64,000 nt of DNA, taken from Octopus sinensis (taxonomy: Eukaryota). The translations under genes and the position numbers were made by a program. This document shows, piece after piece, positions 1 to 12,392 of the stretch (the first letter of the stretch is position 1; each line of letters opens with the position of its first letter). Where the stretch lies: positions 28,520,001 through 28,584,000 of the forward strand of contig NC_043010.1 of NCBI RefSeq assembly GCF_006345805.1, written 5' to 3'. A model generated the notes under the pieces. The model searched no databases, had not been told where the DNA came from, and saw only the letters and a list, made by a program, of their open reading frames with translations.

Positions 1-575
1 CGCCTACTCTTTCCCTCTGTCTTGTATATCTTACTCATTCTCTCATCTCTCTCCCTCCTTTTCATATCCTCCTCTTTTCTCATTTCTCTTTCCTTTCCAT
101 CTCACATCTACCTCTCCTCTCGTCACCTCACCCTCTCTCTCTCATATACTTCTCATTTGCCCATTCTTCTCACTCCGTCTCTCCCTCTCTCTCACATCTT
201 TCATCCTTTCCTGTCTCTTCTTCACTCTGTCTCTCTTTCTCTTGCTATCCTCTCCCTCCCTCTGTCTCTCTTTCTCTTCCCCTCCTCTCCTTCACTCTGC
301 CTCTCTTTATCTTCCCCCCTTCTTCTTCACTCTATCTCTCTTTCTATTCCCTTCCTTTCCCTCACGTTGTCTCTCTTTGTCTCTCCTTCCTCTACCTTCC
401 TCTATCTCTTTAATATGCCACACCCCCTTGCTTTCCTCCTATCACCCTCTCGATTTCTTACATAGCACCTCTCTCTTTCCTTCATATCTCCCTCTCTCTT
501 TCCCTATTTCCCCCTCTGTGTTTCTCCGTCTCTACCTCTCTCTATCTCTCATTACCTCTCTAGCCTCTACTCCCT
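1..575. repeat. CT-rich polypyrimidine low-complexity tract
   Basis: Almost purely C/T on the + strand; the overlapping L/S/P-rich ORFs are compositional artefacts. Confidence 0.85.
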
Positions 576-596
576 CTCTGGGCTTCAAAAACGAAG

Positions 597-1440
597 ATGG
601 CACCAAAGTGAGAAAGAAAGAGTTAAATCTTCTGCTACGAGCATGGTGATCCGCCAAACAACATCATCACTGCCGCGCTAAAGAACAATGGCTTTTATAG
701 AACCATTGACCAGATAGAGCGAAAGAAAAGTGAATTTATCCGGTCTTACATGCTTATAAGAACACACATCAACACCTTGGATAACATAATTGAAAATTAT
801 TGTGGCAAGGCTAATAAGGATGAAGAGGACGAAAAAGAGAAAGAACCCGGAAGTCTCTGTAATCCAGAGGTTCCTCAAGAAAATGGATCACCTACCCCGG
901 TGAACGACCAGGCAGGGAATTATAGGGGAGCCAAGGGAGCAGAAACTTGAAGCCTCCCTGTACCAGTGGTCCTACAAAGAAATGAGAAATTAGAAAAACA
1001 GAAGAAAAAAGGAAGAACGGAAAACAAAAATAAAGAAGGAAAGGAAGGAAAACAACCAAAGCTGAAACCCCAACCCACCACACAAATAGCAGAGAACCCC
1101 ATGGAGGATCCAATGCCACCCAGCACACTTCAGGAAAAAGAAATCTGGAAAGCACCCAAGAACCTGTAAATTCTACCTGCGGGGAGGACGGCAAAAATTG
1201 CCGGTTTGCCCACCCGACACCCTGCCAGAACTTCAGGGGACTCAAAGAGAAAAGCTTTAATGAGGGAAGACAGGAAATGTCTCCCAGGAAAACATTCAGA
1301 AAAGGAGTGTGCTCCTCAGATGTTCTGCGCAACGCAGCAGCTGAGCAAGAGTCTTTTTTGTGCATGGCGCAAAAGATTGTCCAGCAGCTAACCTGGTTAC
1401 ACCAAGCACAAAGAAGGAACCTTTCCCACCACTATGCAAG
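597..1440 (+). pseudogene. LINE A ORF1 remnant: Myb/SANT-like N-terminus, low-complexity linker, CCCH-type zinc fingers
   Basis: ATG at 597. With frameshift repair: MAPKW-RKKELNLLLRAW ... IITAALKNNGFYRTIDQIERKK, then TCKFYLRG-EDGKNCRFAHPTPCQNF at ~1162-1232. Contains stops and frameshifts. Confidence 0.55.
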
Positions 1441-2415
1441 ACCACCACAGTCAACAGACACGGGATGGCCTCCCCTAACGCCTGCACAGCCGTCACCCCA
1501 ATACTTTTACTAAATATTGGGGGCCTGTTGCATCAAAATAAAAACAAAATTTCTTTCCTGAGAGATCTTACTGCATGCAATCAAGCCCTATGTATAGCAC
1601 TCGTGGAAACTCACCTCAGCCCTGATATAGAGGACGCAGAAGTACACGTACCAAACTATGCCTTACTGCGAACAGACAGAAGGGAAAGGAGCCATGGTGG
1701 AGTTGCTGTATACATCCGGGATGACCTCACACCTCAGGTCTTACTATCATGCTCAAATTCGGTATGTGACACTTTAATTGTATACATAAGACAACATAAT
1801 ATAGTCATATGCAATACATATTGCCCACCGGATGCTCCAAATCACATAGGCAAGCTTGAAGATTGCCTCACAAGAATTAAAGAAATCCTCATGAATCTGG
1901 AACACCACGTGACCATATTTCTTATGTGCGATTTCAACTTCCCCAACGTCAAATGGCCCGAAGGTCTCATACTCTCAGGAATGAATCATTGCAAGCAAGT
2001 ACAGGTGGGGTCCCTGCTCAACCTCACCAATGCCTTATTCATGGAGCAAGTTGTACTCAAACCAACTAGGGCGAATAACATTCTGGATCTCTGCTTCATG
2101 AACAATATGTACATCATTCATGATGTGAAAGTGACACCGAAATTAGTCTCGGATCACAACATAATAAAGCTGTCTATGTTTGGGCCGAAAGTAACCAGAG
2201 ACATACAGCCTAAAGGAAGCAACCGAAATCTCTCCAATCTGAACTTCCACAAAGCAGGTTGGAAATCGATCCAAAAAGAGACCCTCAGAGAGGACTGGCC
2301 GAAATGTCTCTCCACACCAGACATTGACATGAAACTAGAATGTTTCATGTCTTCTGTGCAAGCCGTATGCCAGAAATATGTCCCAGAGCACAAGGCCAAA
2401 ACAAATAGGAGCTAG
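1360..2415 (+). pseudogene. LINE A ORF2, apurinic-like endonuclease (EEP) domain
   Basis: Motifs LLNIGGL, VETHL, GGVAVYI, DFNFP, NILDL, SDHN. Confidence 0.92.
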
Positions 2416-2890
2416 ATTTGAAGAGATAGGAAGATCCTCATGAGGCGACGGACGAAGGTTGCAAATCGACTCAACCAACATCCCAAAAGTAGTGAAACGT
2501 CCCGCCTAAAAACAACACTGATGGAGATCGAAAAAAGGCTGCAACAATCCTATGTGAGGGAGAAAGCAGACAAAGAAGCCTGGGTTATAAAAAAAACATT
2601 AAATCAAACCCAAAGGCCTTCTTTCATTACGCAAAAGAAACAGCCTCAGTACACTACAAGATAGGACCCCTCCTCCAAAAGGATGGCTCCCTCACAGACA
2701 GTCCAACTAAAATCAGTGAGATACTGAATGACCAGTTCAAAAGTGTCTTTACCACCCCGTTGAACACACAGACAGTGAACGAACCAGTGGACTTCTTTGT
2801 CGCCTCACATATAACAGCGAGGCAGTAGTTACAATAGAATACATTGACAATAGCGAAGAGAAAGAAAATGTACTACTAGCCATAGATGAA

Positions 2891-4100
2891 GTGGACACAA
2901 ACTCAAATGCTGGGCCTGATGGTTTCCCAGCAATCCTCCTCAAAGCGTGTAAGCATGCCCTGGCAAAACCCCTCAAGATTCTCTTCCAGAGCTTTCTTAC
3001 AAATGGCAAACTGCCAAGCAAGCTGAAGGAGGGAATAATATGGCCAATACATAAAGGGGGAAGTAGGGCAGATGCAAAAAACTATAGGCCTATCTCTCTG
3101 ACTTCACACATCAGCAAAGTCATGGAACGGATAGTCAGAAAGAAAACTAATCGCATTCCTTGAGGAAAATACTTGCTGAGTGATACCCAGCATGGTTTCG
3201 ACCAAGTAGGAGCTGCCTGACCCAGCTCTTACAACATTATGACTGGGTGTTGAGGCAGTTACTCAACAAATCAAATGTGGACGTAATCTACCTTGATTTT
3301 GCAAAAGCTTTTGACAAGGTGGATCATGGTATTATATGCCACAAACTGCGTGACCTCGGCATAGCTGGAAAACTTGGAGTGTGGTTACATGACTTCCTGA
3401 AAGATAGGAGTCAAGCAGTAGTGGTTAATGGAGCCATCTCTATGACCACACAAATAGTGAGCGGTGTTCCACAGAGCACTGTCTTGGGACCACTGCTTTT
3501 TATAGTGGCCCTCTCAGATATGCCCTAAAATGCCCGGATAGCCACTCTGGCAAGCTATGCAGACGATACGAAAGTCTTGCAGAAAATACAGAACCCCAGC
3601 GATGTTGCACACCTGCAGCAGGAGTTGGACTCAATCTACAGATAGGCTGAGGATAATAGTATGCAGTTTAATGCTGAAAATTTCCAGGCCCTGCGCTACC
3701 AGCATCCAAAACTGAATATTAAACTTACAGGGTACACCGGTCCACAGGGAATTTCAATCCCAGAGCCTAAATCTGTGAGGGACCTGGGTATCGACATGAG
3801 TGATGATACCTCTTTCCAAGTGCACATTACCAGGATGGCGACAAAGTGCAGACAACTGACTGGATGGATCCTAAGAACATTCAGAACCAGAGATAAGGAA
3901 ACCATGATGGTCCTCTGGTGGACATTCGTCCTCAGCTGCCTGGATTACACTGCTCACAGCTAGGGTCACCCACCAGTGTGAAATTAACAGCGGACCTTGA
4001 AGCAATTCAGAGAAGATTCACAAAGAAGATCGTCTCTTTGCAACAGCTCAGCTACTGGGAAAGGTTGAAATAGCTAAGACTCTACTCCCTGGAGAGAATA
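2891..4100 (+). pseudogene. LINE A ORF2, reverse transcriptase (fragmented)
   Basis: NYRPISLTSHISKVMERI, QHGFR, YLDFAKAFDKVDH, SGVPQSTVLGPLLF and YADD (3556-3567); several stops and frameshifts. Confidence 0.92.
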
Positions 4101-4129
4101 TGGGAGAGGTATGCAGTAATGAGAAGAGA

Positions 4130-4750
4130 ATGTTCGTGTCTATATATTTAGGAAGATTGAGAGACCGAGTGAGGAAAGATGGTGTGACAGAGAGAAGTGA
4201 AGAGACAGAGAGAGAAAGAGATGCAAGAGAGGAGGTTATGCAAAATATTGAGCGGCTGAGAGAAGATAAGAAGAAAGTGAGAGGAGAATGTTCACGTCTA
4301 TATATTTAGGAATATTGAGAGGCTGAGAGAAGGAAGATGGTGTGATATAGAGAAGTGAGGAGACAGAGAGAGAAAGAAAAGAAAGAGATGAAGTTATGCA
4401 AAAGATTCTACTTAGTAGATAGTAGAATATATAAATAAAGTAACAAATAAATATATATATATATCTGCAACTACGAAAGTTCTCTTCTAAACTAATTATA
4501 AATATCTATCTATCTTTAACTACGAAAATTTTCTTCTCAACTAATTACGACTATATTTCTAATGTTCGCGTCTATATATTTAGGAAGATTGAGAGGCTGA
4601 GAGGAGAAAGATGGTGTGACAGAGAGAGGCGAAGAGACAGAGAGAGAGAGAAGTAATGAAAGAGAAGAAGTTATGCAAAAGATTCTACTTGGATAGTACA
4701 ATATATAAATAAAGTAACAAATAAGTAAAATATATATATATATATAATAA
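4130..4750 (+). repeat. Three diverged copies of a ~160-190-bp GA-rich unit
   Basis: gttc(g/a)(t/c)gtctatatatttaggaa(g/t)attgagag...gttatgcaaaa recurs at ~4132, ~4290 and ~4564. Confidence 0.75.
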
Positions 4751-4874
4751 AAACTTACTTGGAGAAATAAGAAAGTGACGCGAGGCGTTCACTCATATAA
4801 TAACAGTTTAAAAAATAAAACATATGCATACATACATATATGTACATACCTACATCTATATATATATATATACA

Positions 4875-4941
<67 letters not shown>

Positions 4942-4949
4942 ATAAATAA

Positions 4950-6260
4950 AATAAAACATATGCATATATATAAACATATATGTACGTACCTACCTCTACA
5001 TGTACATATACACGCATATATGAGTACAGGACACCAAAAAGACGTCGAACACAATGAGAAACGAAAACATAGACACAAACCAAAGGAACTGGACATTTTT
5101 TAAACAACAAAAAAATAGAGTACAGGACAATTAACACAAAGAAAAAACCCCTTCTTCAGTCGCTATGGTTTCATCTACTCTACGTTTCGAAGGTGAAAGC
5201 GAGACGTATCTTCGACAAGAAACTTTCCTTCCTGCGAAAAGCAAATCAATTAAAATTCTGAGATCTTTTCGCAGAGGGGTAAAAAATGGTAACAAAAACA
5301 GGACAGTAACGACAGTACAAATTATAAACAGTAAAAGACAGGACAAGGAAAAACAAGATAAGAAGGGCTGTTAACGCCGAACGAGAAAAAGTATTGCAAA
5401 CGCTGACTTTTGTGAACGACGAACGGAGCAAAAAGAATTGCCGTCCACACCTCGAGAGGATAAAGGCTAGAAAGACAGTAGCGGAAGTCTCGTTGCGGGT
5501 CAGCGACGGGAGGGGGAAGGAGGAGCAAGAGAAAGGGAGAGAAGAAGGGGAATGGTTGTGAGGAAACCATGAAGAATAAAGAGGGAGAGAGAGAGAGAGT
5601 GAAGAATGAGAGAGAGGAAGAGACAAGTTAAGTAGAGGAAAAGGAAATCAAAGAATGAAGGATGAGAAAGGGATGGGACAGAAAGGTTAAGAGTGCGCAT
5701 CAAAGTTAATATCAAGAACAAAACTTAATATAAAGAACAATCTTACATGCGAAACAAAGGCCTTTTCGTTTTGTTTTTCTCGTTTGTTTTCTTGTCTTTT
5801 TATTTCTCGTTTTGTATTTTCTTGTACGTGTATCTTTATCTTGTATTTTATTTTGCATTTGTATCGTTTTTACGTCCTGTTTTTGTCACATGTTTTTCTT
5901 GTCTGTTTTTGCTCCTATGCGAGGCAATTTTATTTTAATTCTCTCGCAATGAAGGACTAGTTGACGAGTCGTGTCCTGTTTTATCCTTCGAAACACGCTT
6001 CAGTTAGCTAGAGACAGCTGATGAACTGGGGATTTTTCCTGTGTGGTTTGTCCTGTACCTTGTTTTTCTGTTGTAAAAAATAATGTTTTTCCCGTTTCCG
6101 TTTCGTCTCTGTTTTTTTGTTGTAAAAATATGGCTTGTCTGTTTTCGTTTTTCGTTGAGTTCTACGTCTAGTTGCAGTGTCCTGTACTCACGTATATATA
6201 TCTATATATGCATGTATATATACATGTAGATGTAGGTACGTACATATATGTTTGTATGCA
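4950..6260. repeat. Diverged long inverted repeat (arms ~4950-5400 and ~5760-6260) around a GA-rich spacer
   Basis: gtacgtacctac...gagtacaggacac on the left is the reverse complement of gtgtcctgtactc...gtaggtacgtac on the right; colinear blocks continue inward. Confidence 0.65.
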
Positions 6261-6276
6261 TGTATATATATTATTT

Positions 6277-6315
<39 letters not shown>

Positions 6316-6339
6316 CGTTTGTATGCCTCTTCATCCATC

Positions 6340-6515
6340 GAACATCGCTTGACAACTGGTGCTGCTGTTTTCACGTCCCCGTAACTGAGCGGTTCGGCAA
6401 AACAGACCGATACATTAAGTATTAGGCCTATAAAGAATAGGTCCTGGGTGCTATTTGCTCGATTGAAGGCGGTGCTCCAGCATGGCCGCAGTCAAATAAC
6501 TGAAAGTAGCAAAAG
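6340..6515 (+). mobile_element. SINE family A, 3' half
   Basis: aacatcgcttgacaac...ggcggtgctccagcatggccgcagtcaaataactgaaa; same body as the copies at 6647-7072 and 61615-62030. Confidence 0.8.
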
Positions 6516-6646
6516 CGAGTGAAAGGGTAATTAGCGAAAGCAGTGTATATTCTGTTGACAAATTTAAGGGAGATAACTAAAAATTATCTCATAGAGTTAC
6601 GTCCCTTGAATACTATAATAAAGACGTAATACATACACTGTTAAAC

Positions 6647-7072
6647 TTTTACTTCTTTCATTCTTTTGACTGCCCATGCTTGAGCACCAGCTTTTATCGA
6701 GCAAATCGCCCCCAGGGCATATTCTTTGTAAGTCTACTATTTATTCTATCGGTCTCCTTTGCCGAACCGCTAAGTTACGGTGACGTAAACACACCAGCGT
6801 CGGTTGTCAAGCGATGTTGGGGACACAAACACAGACAGAAACATACACTTACACATAAATACATATATATATTATATGTGTGTGTATGTGTATATATATA
6901 TTCATATATACGACGGGCTTCTTTATGTTTCCATGTACATAATCCACTCACAAAGCTTTGGTCTGTCCGATGCTATAGTAGAAGACTTGCCCATGGTGCC
7001 ACGGAGTGGGACTGAACCAGAAACCATGTGGTTGGTAAGCAAGATACTTACCAGACAGCCACTCCTACGCCT
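6647..7072 (-). mobile_element. SINE family A, full length (tRNA-like head, internal microsatellite, CR1-like tail)
   Basis: Reverse complement starts aggcgtaggagtggctgtctggtaag...ggttcagtccc (A/B-box-like), then an internal (TA/TG)n tract and the tail. Confidence 0.85.
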
Positions 7073-8119
7073 ATATATTTACATATACATATATACGACA
7101 GTAAGCAAGCTACGCCTCATACAGACACTCCTGTTTGTTACTCTGACAACAAGTTGAAGGTGAGCTCTGATTGGTAGTATGCAAATGAGTTCATTAATGG
7201 GCTCCGGAACTCTCGCTGGAGAAAAAAACTTTCGCGGTTGGGTCACATGAGACGATCCGACCACCTTGGGTGTGGGTGGACTGTGCTCACACACGCACAA
7301 ACACCCACACGTCCGCACTTACACACATAGATACATATAAAGACGCACACTGGTAGCTATTTATGCTTTAAATATGTTTACTTTAATACCGTGACATTCT
7401 GAAGTAATTGTATGAGTGTGTGGGTCAGCTGATATGTGTGTGTGTGTGTGTGCTTTCATTTCTGTGTCTGTTTGCGCGCGCTCATGTGTGAGAGTTTCCA
7501 GTTCATTGCTTGTACTTGTGTGCGTGTGTGAATGTGTAATTGTGTTTCCATTTCTGTGTGTGTGTGAGAGCATGTGTGTTTTTGTGCGTGTGTGTGTTTG
7601 AGAGTATTTTCATTTCAGTGTTTGTGTGTGTGTGACTCTTATTATTTCCATGGGAGCGTGTGTGTGAGCGACTGTGTATTTTTATTTGTTTGTGTGTATG
7701 CGACAATTGCTGCTACAACACACATTTCCATATCACTAACTACTAAATCAAACGAAGTTCGATTTATTGCACCTTTAGCGACTTCAGATATTGCTCATAT
7801 TTTTCTCATATGGCGACAATGTATTAATTTCAAAAGTTGATAAAACAAAATCTCATACTGGGGTGAAGAAAGGTGCTGACATTCTAACTGGGGGTGGTAA
7901 ACAACCAATACCCACCTTATTTCTCTGGTGTGGAATATTTATGACTATACCAGTTGACTTGTTACAGGCTTCGGTTATGGCTTCACTTTTATGGATTTGG
8001 GAAAGTCCACAGAAGTTACTGGATTTACAGTCAAATCTACTCAAGTAATTTCTCTTCTTTTTTGTTAAATCCTGTTGGAACTAGTGGATACTTACCACAA
8101 ACACACGCACGCACACACA

Positions 8120-8164
<45 letters not shown>

Positions 8165-8177
8165 CACACACACATGG

Positions 8178-8225
<48 letters not shown>

Positions 8226-8479
8226 TGCCCCATCGTTATCGAGTATGGCCATTGCACGAAGCTTAACTGTTCTTGGTGCTGTGACCGAATGTGACTTTTA
8301 TTTGCTTTTTAAGGCTACAGCCAGCTATTCAGTTGAGACTCACAGCACTATCAACAATCATGAACAATATTGCTATCGTGCAATGCTTGTGCAAGAAGAT
8401 TTTTTTAAAGTGAGGAAAGGCTGTGCCCCGAATCAATCCCACTCACTAAGCAACAGCAGCCATAATCCGAAAAGAAGAA

Positions 8480-8830
8480 CAAGTTAACATCATCGGAAAC
8501 TACCAAGCCGCAGGTTTTATTTCGGATTTATCCCAGTTACCTGAGTTACCTTCTCCTAGAAGGATGCCCTAACAAAGGCTAGGAGTCCTTCACTCCTAAT
8601 GGTTTAACCACGCGATCGGGTATTCAGTCCGATTATTTCTGTCCCCGCGCATGGTACAGCATTAAGCCTTAAAAAAATACACATTTATTGGATAGCCGTT
8701 GATTCTCAAGAGCTCCTCTGCCCTTTGGCAGGTTTTGTTTTTCATCCCGCAGGGTGTCCAATAAACACCCTCCTCACCATGCAACAGGTTGTACTGGGTT
8801 ACATGTTACCAGTAGCACACGAAAGTGACC
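8480..8830 (-). mobile_element. Probable 5' UTR fragment of an RTE-type LINE
   Basis: gagttaccttctcctagaaggatgccctaacaaaggctagg resembles RTE 5' regions as I recall them; no ORF support. Confidence 0.35.
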
Positions 8831-9553
8831 TGACATAAACAAATATATATACAAATATACATACAAACATATATATAAACAAATATATATATACAAATAT
8901 ATATACAAACATATATATATACAAACATATATATATATACAAATATATATATACAAATATATATACAAACATATATATACAAACATATACATACAAACAT
9001 ATATATACAAACATATACATACAAACATATCTATACAAACATATACATACAAACATATATATACAAATAAATATATACAAATATATATAGAAACATATAC
9101 ATACAAAAATATATATACAAATATATATACAAACATATATATGCATATATATACAAACATAAACATATATATACAAATATATACAAATATATATACAAAC
9201 ATATACATGCGAACACATATATACAAATATATATACAAACATATATACAAACAAATATATACAAATATATATATACAAACATATATATACAAACATATAT
9301 AAACTAATATATATACAAACATATACATACAAATACATATACAAACATGTATATAAAGATATTTACAAATATATGCATACAAACATATATATACAAACAT
9401 ATACATTCAAACATATATATACAAACATACATATACAAACATATATACAAACATATATGTAAATATATATACAAGCACACACATACAAATTATATACAAA
9501 TATATATACAAACATAAAAATATATATACAAATATATATATACAAATACATAT

Positions 9554-9610
<57 letters not shown>

Positions 9611-10825
9611 ATTATATATATATATATATATATTACACACAAACATATATACAAACATATATCCAAACATGTATATACAAACATATATATATATACAAAC
9701 ATATACATACAAACATATACATACAAACATATATATACAAACATATATATACAAACATATATGTATATACAAATATAAATATAAACATATACATACAAAC
9801 ATATAAAAACATATACATACAAACATATATACAAGTATATATACAAACATACATGTACAAATATATATACAAACATATATATACAAATATATATACAAAC
9901 ATATATAAAACATATATATAAAATACACTTACAAACATATATAGAAATACATATAGAAATATATATACAAACATATATATATATAAATATATATGCAAAC
10001 ATATATACAAACATATACATATACAAATATATATACAAACATATATATACAAACATACATATACAAATATATACAAACATATACATACAAACATATATAC
10101 AAACATATATAGAAACATATATCAAACATGTATATACAAACATGTATATACAAACATATATATACAAACATATATATACAAACATATATATACAAACATA
10201 TATACAAACATATATACAAACATATATCCAAACATGTATATACAAACATTTATATACAAACATATATATACAAACATATATATACAAACATATATATACA
10301 AACATATATATATAAACATATATACAAACATATATATACAAACATACATATACAAATATATATACAAACATATATATACATACAAATATATATACAAACA
10401 TATATATATACAAACATATATATATACAAACATACATACAAACATAGATATACAAATATATATACAAACATATATACAAACATATATATACAAACACATA
10501 TATACAAATATATATACAAACATATATATACAAATATATATACAAACATATATATATACAAACATATACATACAAATATATACAAACATACATATACAAA
10601 TATATATATACAAACATACATATACAAATATATATACAAACATATATACATATATATACAAATATATACACAAATATATATATACAAACATATATACAAA
10701 CATATATATATATATATATATACAAGCATACATATACAAACATATATATACAAACATATGCATACAAACATATATATATATACAAATATATATACAAACA
10801 TACATATATACAAATATATATACAA
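8830..10825. repeat. ~2-kb degenerate (TATATATACAAACA)n minisatellite
   Basis: 12-16-bp units with almost no G on the + strand; produces the long Y/I/V/C ORF artefacts. Confidence 0.95.
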
Positions 10826-11054
10826 TGCATGGGATAAGGCCTAAACAAACACATTATCGATTATTGAACTGAATTTCGGAACAGAAATAGCGCAGTTCAA
10901 TTTTCATTCGCCTAAACTTTAAGTGACCCATTTTTTGTGGTTCTACGATTTGTTGGCTAGAAGATGTGCCGGGAAGTTAAACACACAGACTCACACACAG
11001 ATACACACACATACACACAAGTTGAGTTTTATATATATATAGATATACATATGA

Positions 11055-11537
11055 GACTTCAATCTGCCCAACGTCAGATGGCCCGAGGGCCTTTCTCTCC
11101 CAGGAATGACACGATGCGAACGAGGACAGGCGAGATCCCCCCTGAACCTCATCAACACTCCGTACATGGAGCAAATAGTAACCCAACCAACCAGGGCATG
11201 TAACACACTGGATACCCGCCTCACAAACAATATGGACCCCATCCATAATGTGAAAGCGACACCGACGCCACTCTCGGACCACAACATGGCAGAGCTGACC
11301 ATGCACGGGCCAAAGGAAAGCATGGACATACAGCCTACAAGAAACTAATCAGAATCCTTCCAGCTTGAACCGCCACAAAGCAAACTAGAAACTAGAAATT
11401 GTGAAAGAGATCCTGAAGCAAAACTGTCCCCACCAGACATCGACATGAAACTCCAACAATTCATGTCCGTAATGCAAGCCATATGCCACAAATATGTCCC
11501 AGAGAGAAAGGCCACTATACACAAGAACAAAATCCCA
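11055..11537 (+). mobile_element. CR1-clade LINE fragment (endonuclease C-terminal part), related to LINE A
   Basis: DFNLPNVRWPEGL, MEQIVTQPTRACNTLD, SDHNMAELTMHGPK; colinear with ~1925-2410. Confidence 0.85.
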
Positions 11538-12361
11538 GCTGCGGAGGTGACGGGGCGGCGGACCTTCTCGGATTAGACTTTCATTGGAACGGCTTGTTGC
11601 CAGGCATTCCGATAGGCAGTGACGTCTATAAAGCAAAGCAGGGTCTAGAGACAAAAAAAGGATCAACGAATAAAATTGTAATTGCTAGTGGAAGGAGGAT
11701 TCTCGAATTCGCGAACATTACAGTTTACACTGACATACAGTAGACACAGTTCTGTTTCTTTAATCACCATTTCTTTACTTCAGAATCAAAAACGAGGTCG
11801 AAAACAACATTTGAACCACACATACATAAAAGGAGATTTCAGCAATATCTTCTCCTTATGTGACATTGGATATTATCATGTAACCACTAGTCATATTCAT
11901 AATGTAAACATATCTTCAGTAAATGTGTAACAGGAAATCACTATGTCCTGTGGTTCACAGTAGAATAACTACATGTTGCCTTCCTTGCTTTCATTTCTCC
12001 TATTGTAGTAGGGAATGAAGCATGATTGAATATTTGTTACTAATATAATAAGATGTCTTCTACTTCACGAAACGAAAAAGACTTATTAGGAAAGATAAGA
12101 CTAAAGTACAGAGATGGAGGCGACAAGGTGAATAACGAGTAGCAGATATAAGACAAACAAGGTGGACATATGTCGAAGTAAATGTGTACGAAACAGAAAG
12201 AAGACAAAAAGAGAACTAACTCTATAGCCCTAACCCTAAACCAAACACACATACAAACACATAGATATACACGCACTACACACGAGCGCACATATACAGC
12301 GCCTAACATACAGACGTACACGCATACACACACACATGCAGATAAATACATACTTACAAAC

Positions 12362-12392
<31 letters not shown>

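Larger units (their letters stand above)
580..4120 (+). mobile_element. Near full-length, decayed CR1-clade non-LTR retrotransposon (LINE copy A)
   Basis: ORF1 remnant, APE endonuclease and RT motifs occur in the expected order. The 3' end stops at about LRLYSLER (~4095-4120), where a GA-rich repeat begins. Confidence 0.9.

Noticed and set aside
22-649. Membrane-protein ORFs at the window start
   Set aside because: They are L/S/P/F-rich translations of a CT tract.
5140-6030. Hammerhead motifs in the inverted-repeat arms (TTCGAAAC and CTGAWGA both present)
   Set aside because: The boxes are not arranged with pairing stems in any hammerhead topology I could build.
8774-10872. Long Y/I/V/C or Y/I/Q/T ORFs (up to 454 aa), and similar ORFs at 60868-61510
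   Set aside because: Microsatellite translation artefacts.
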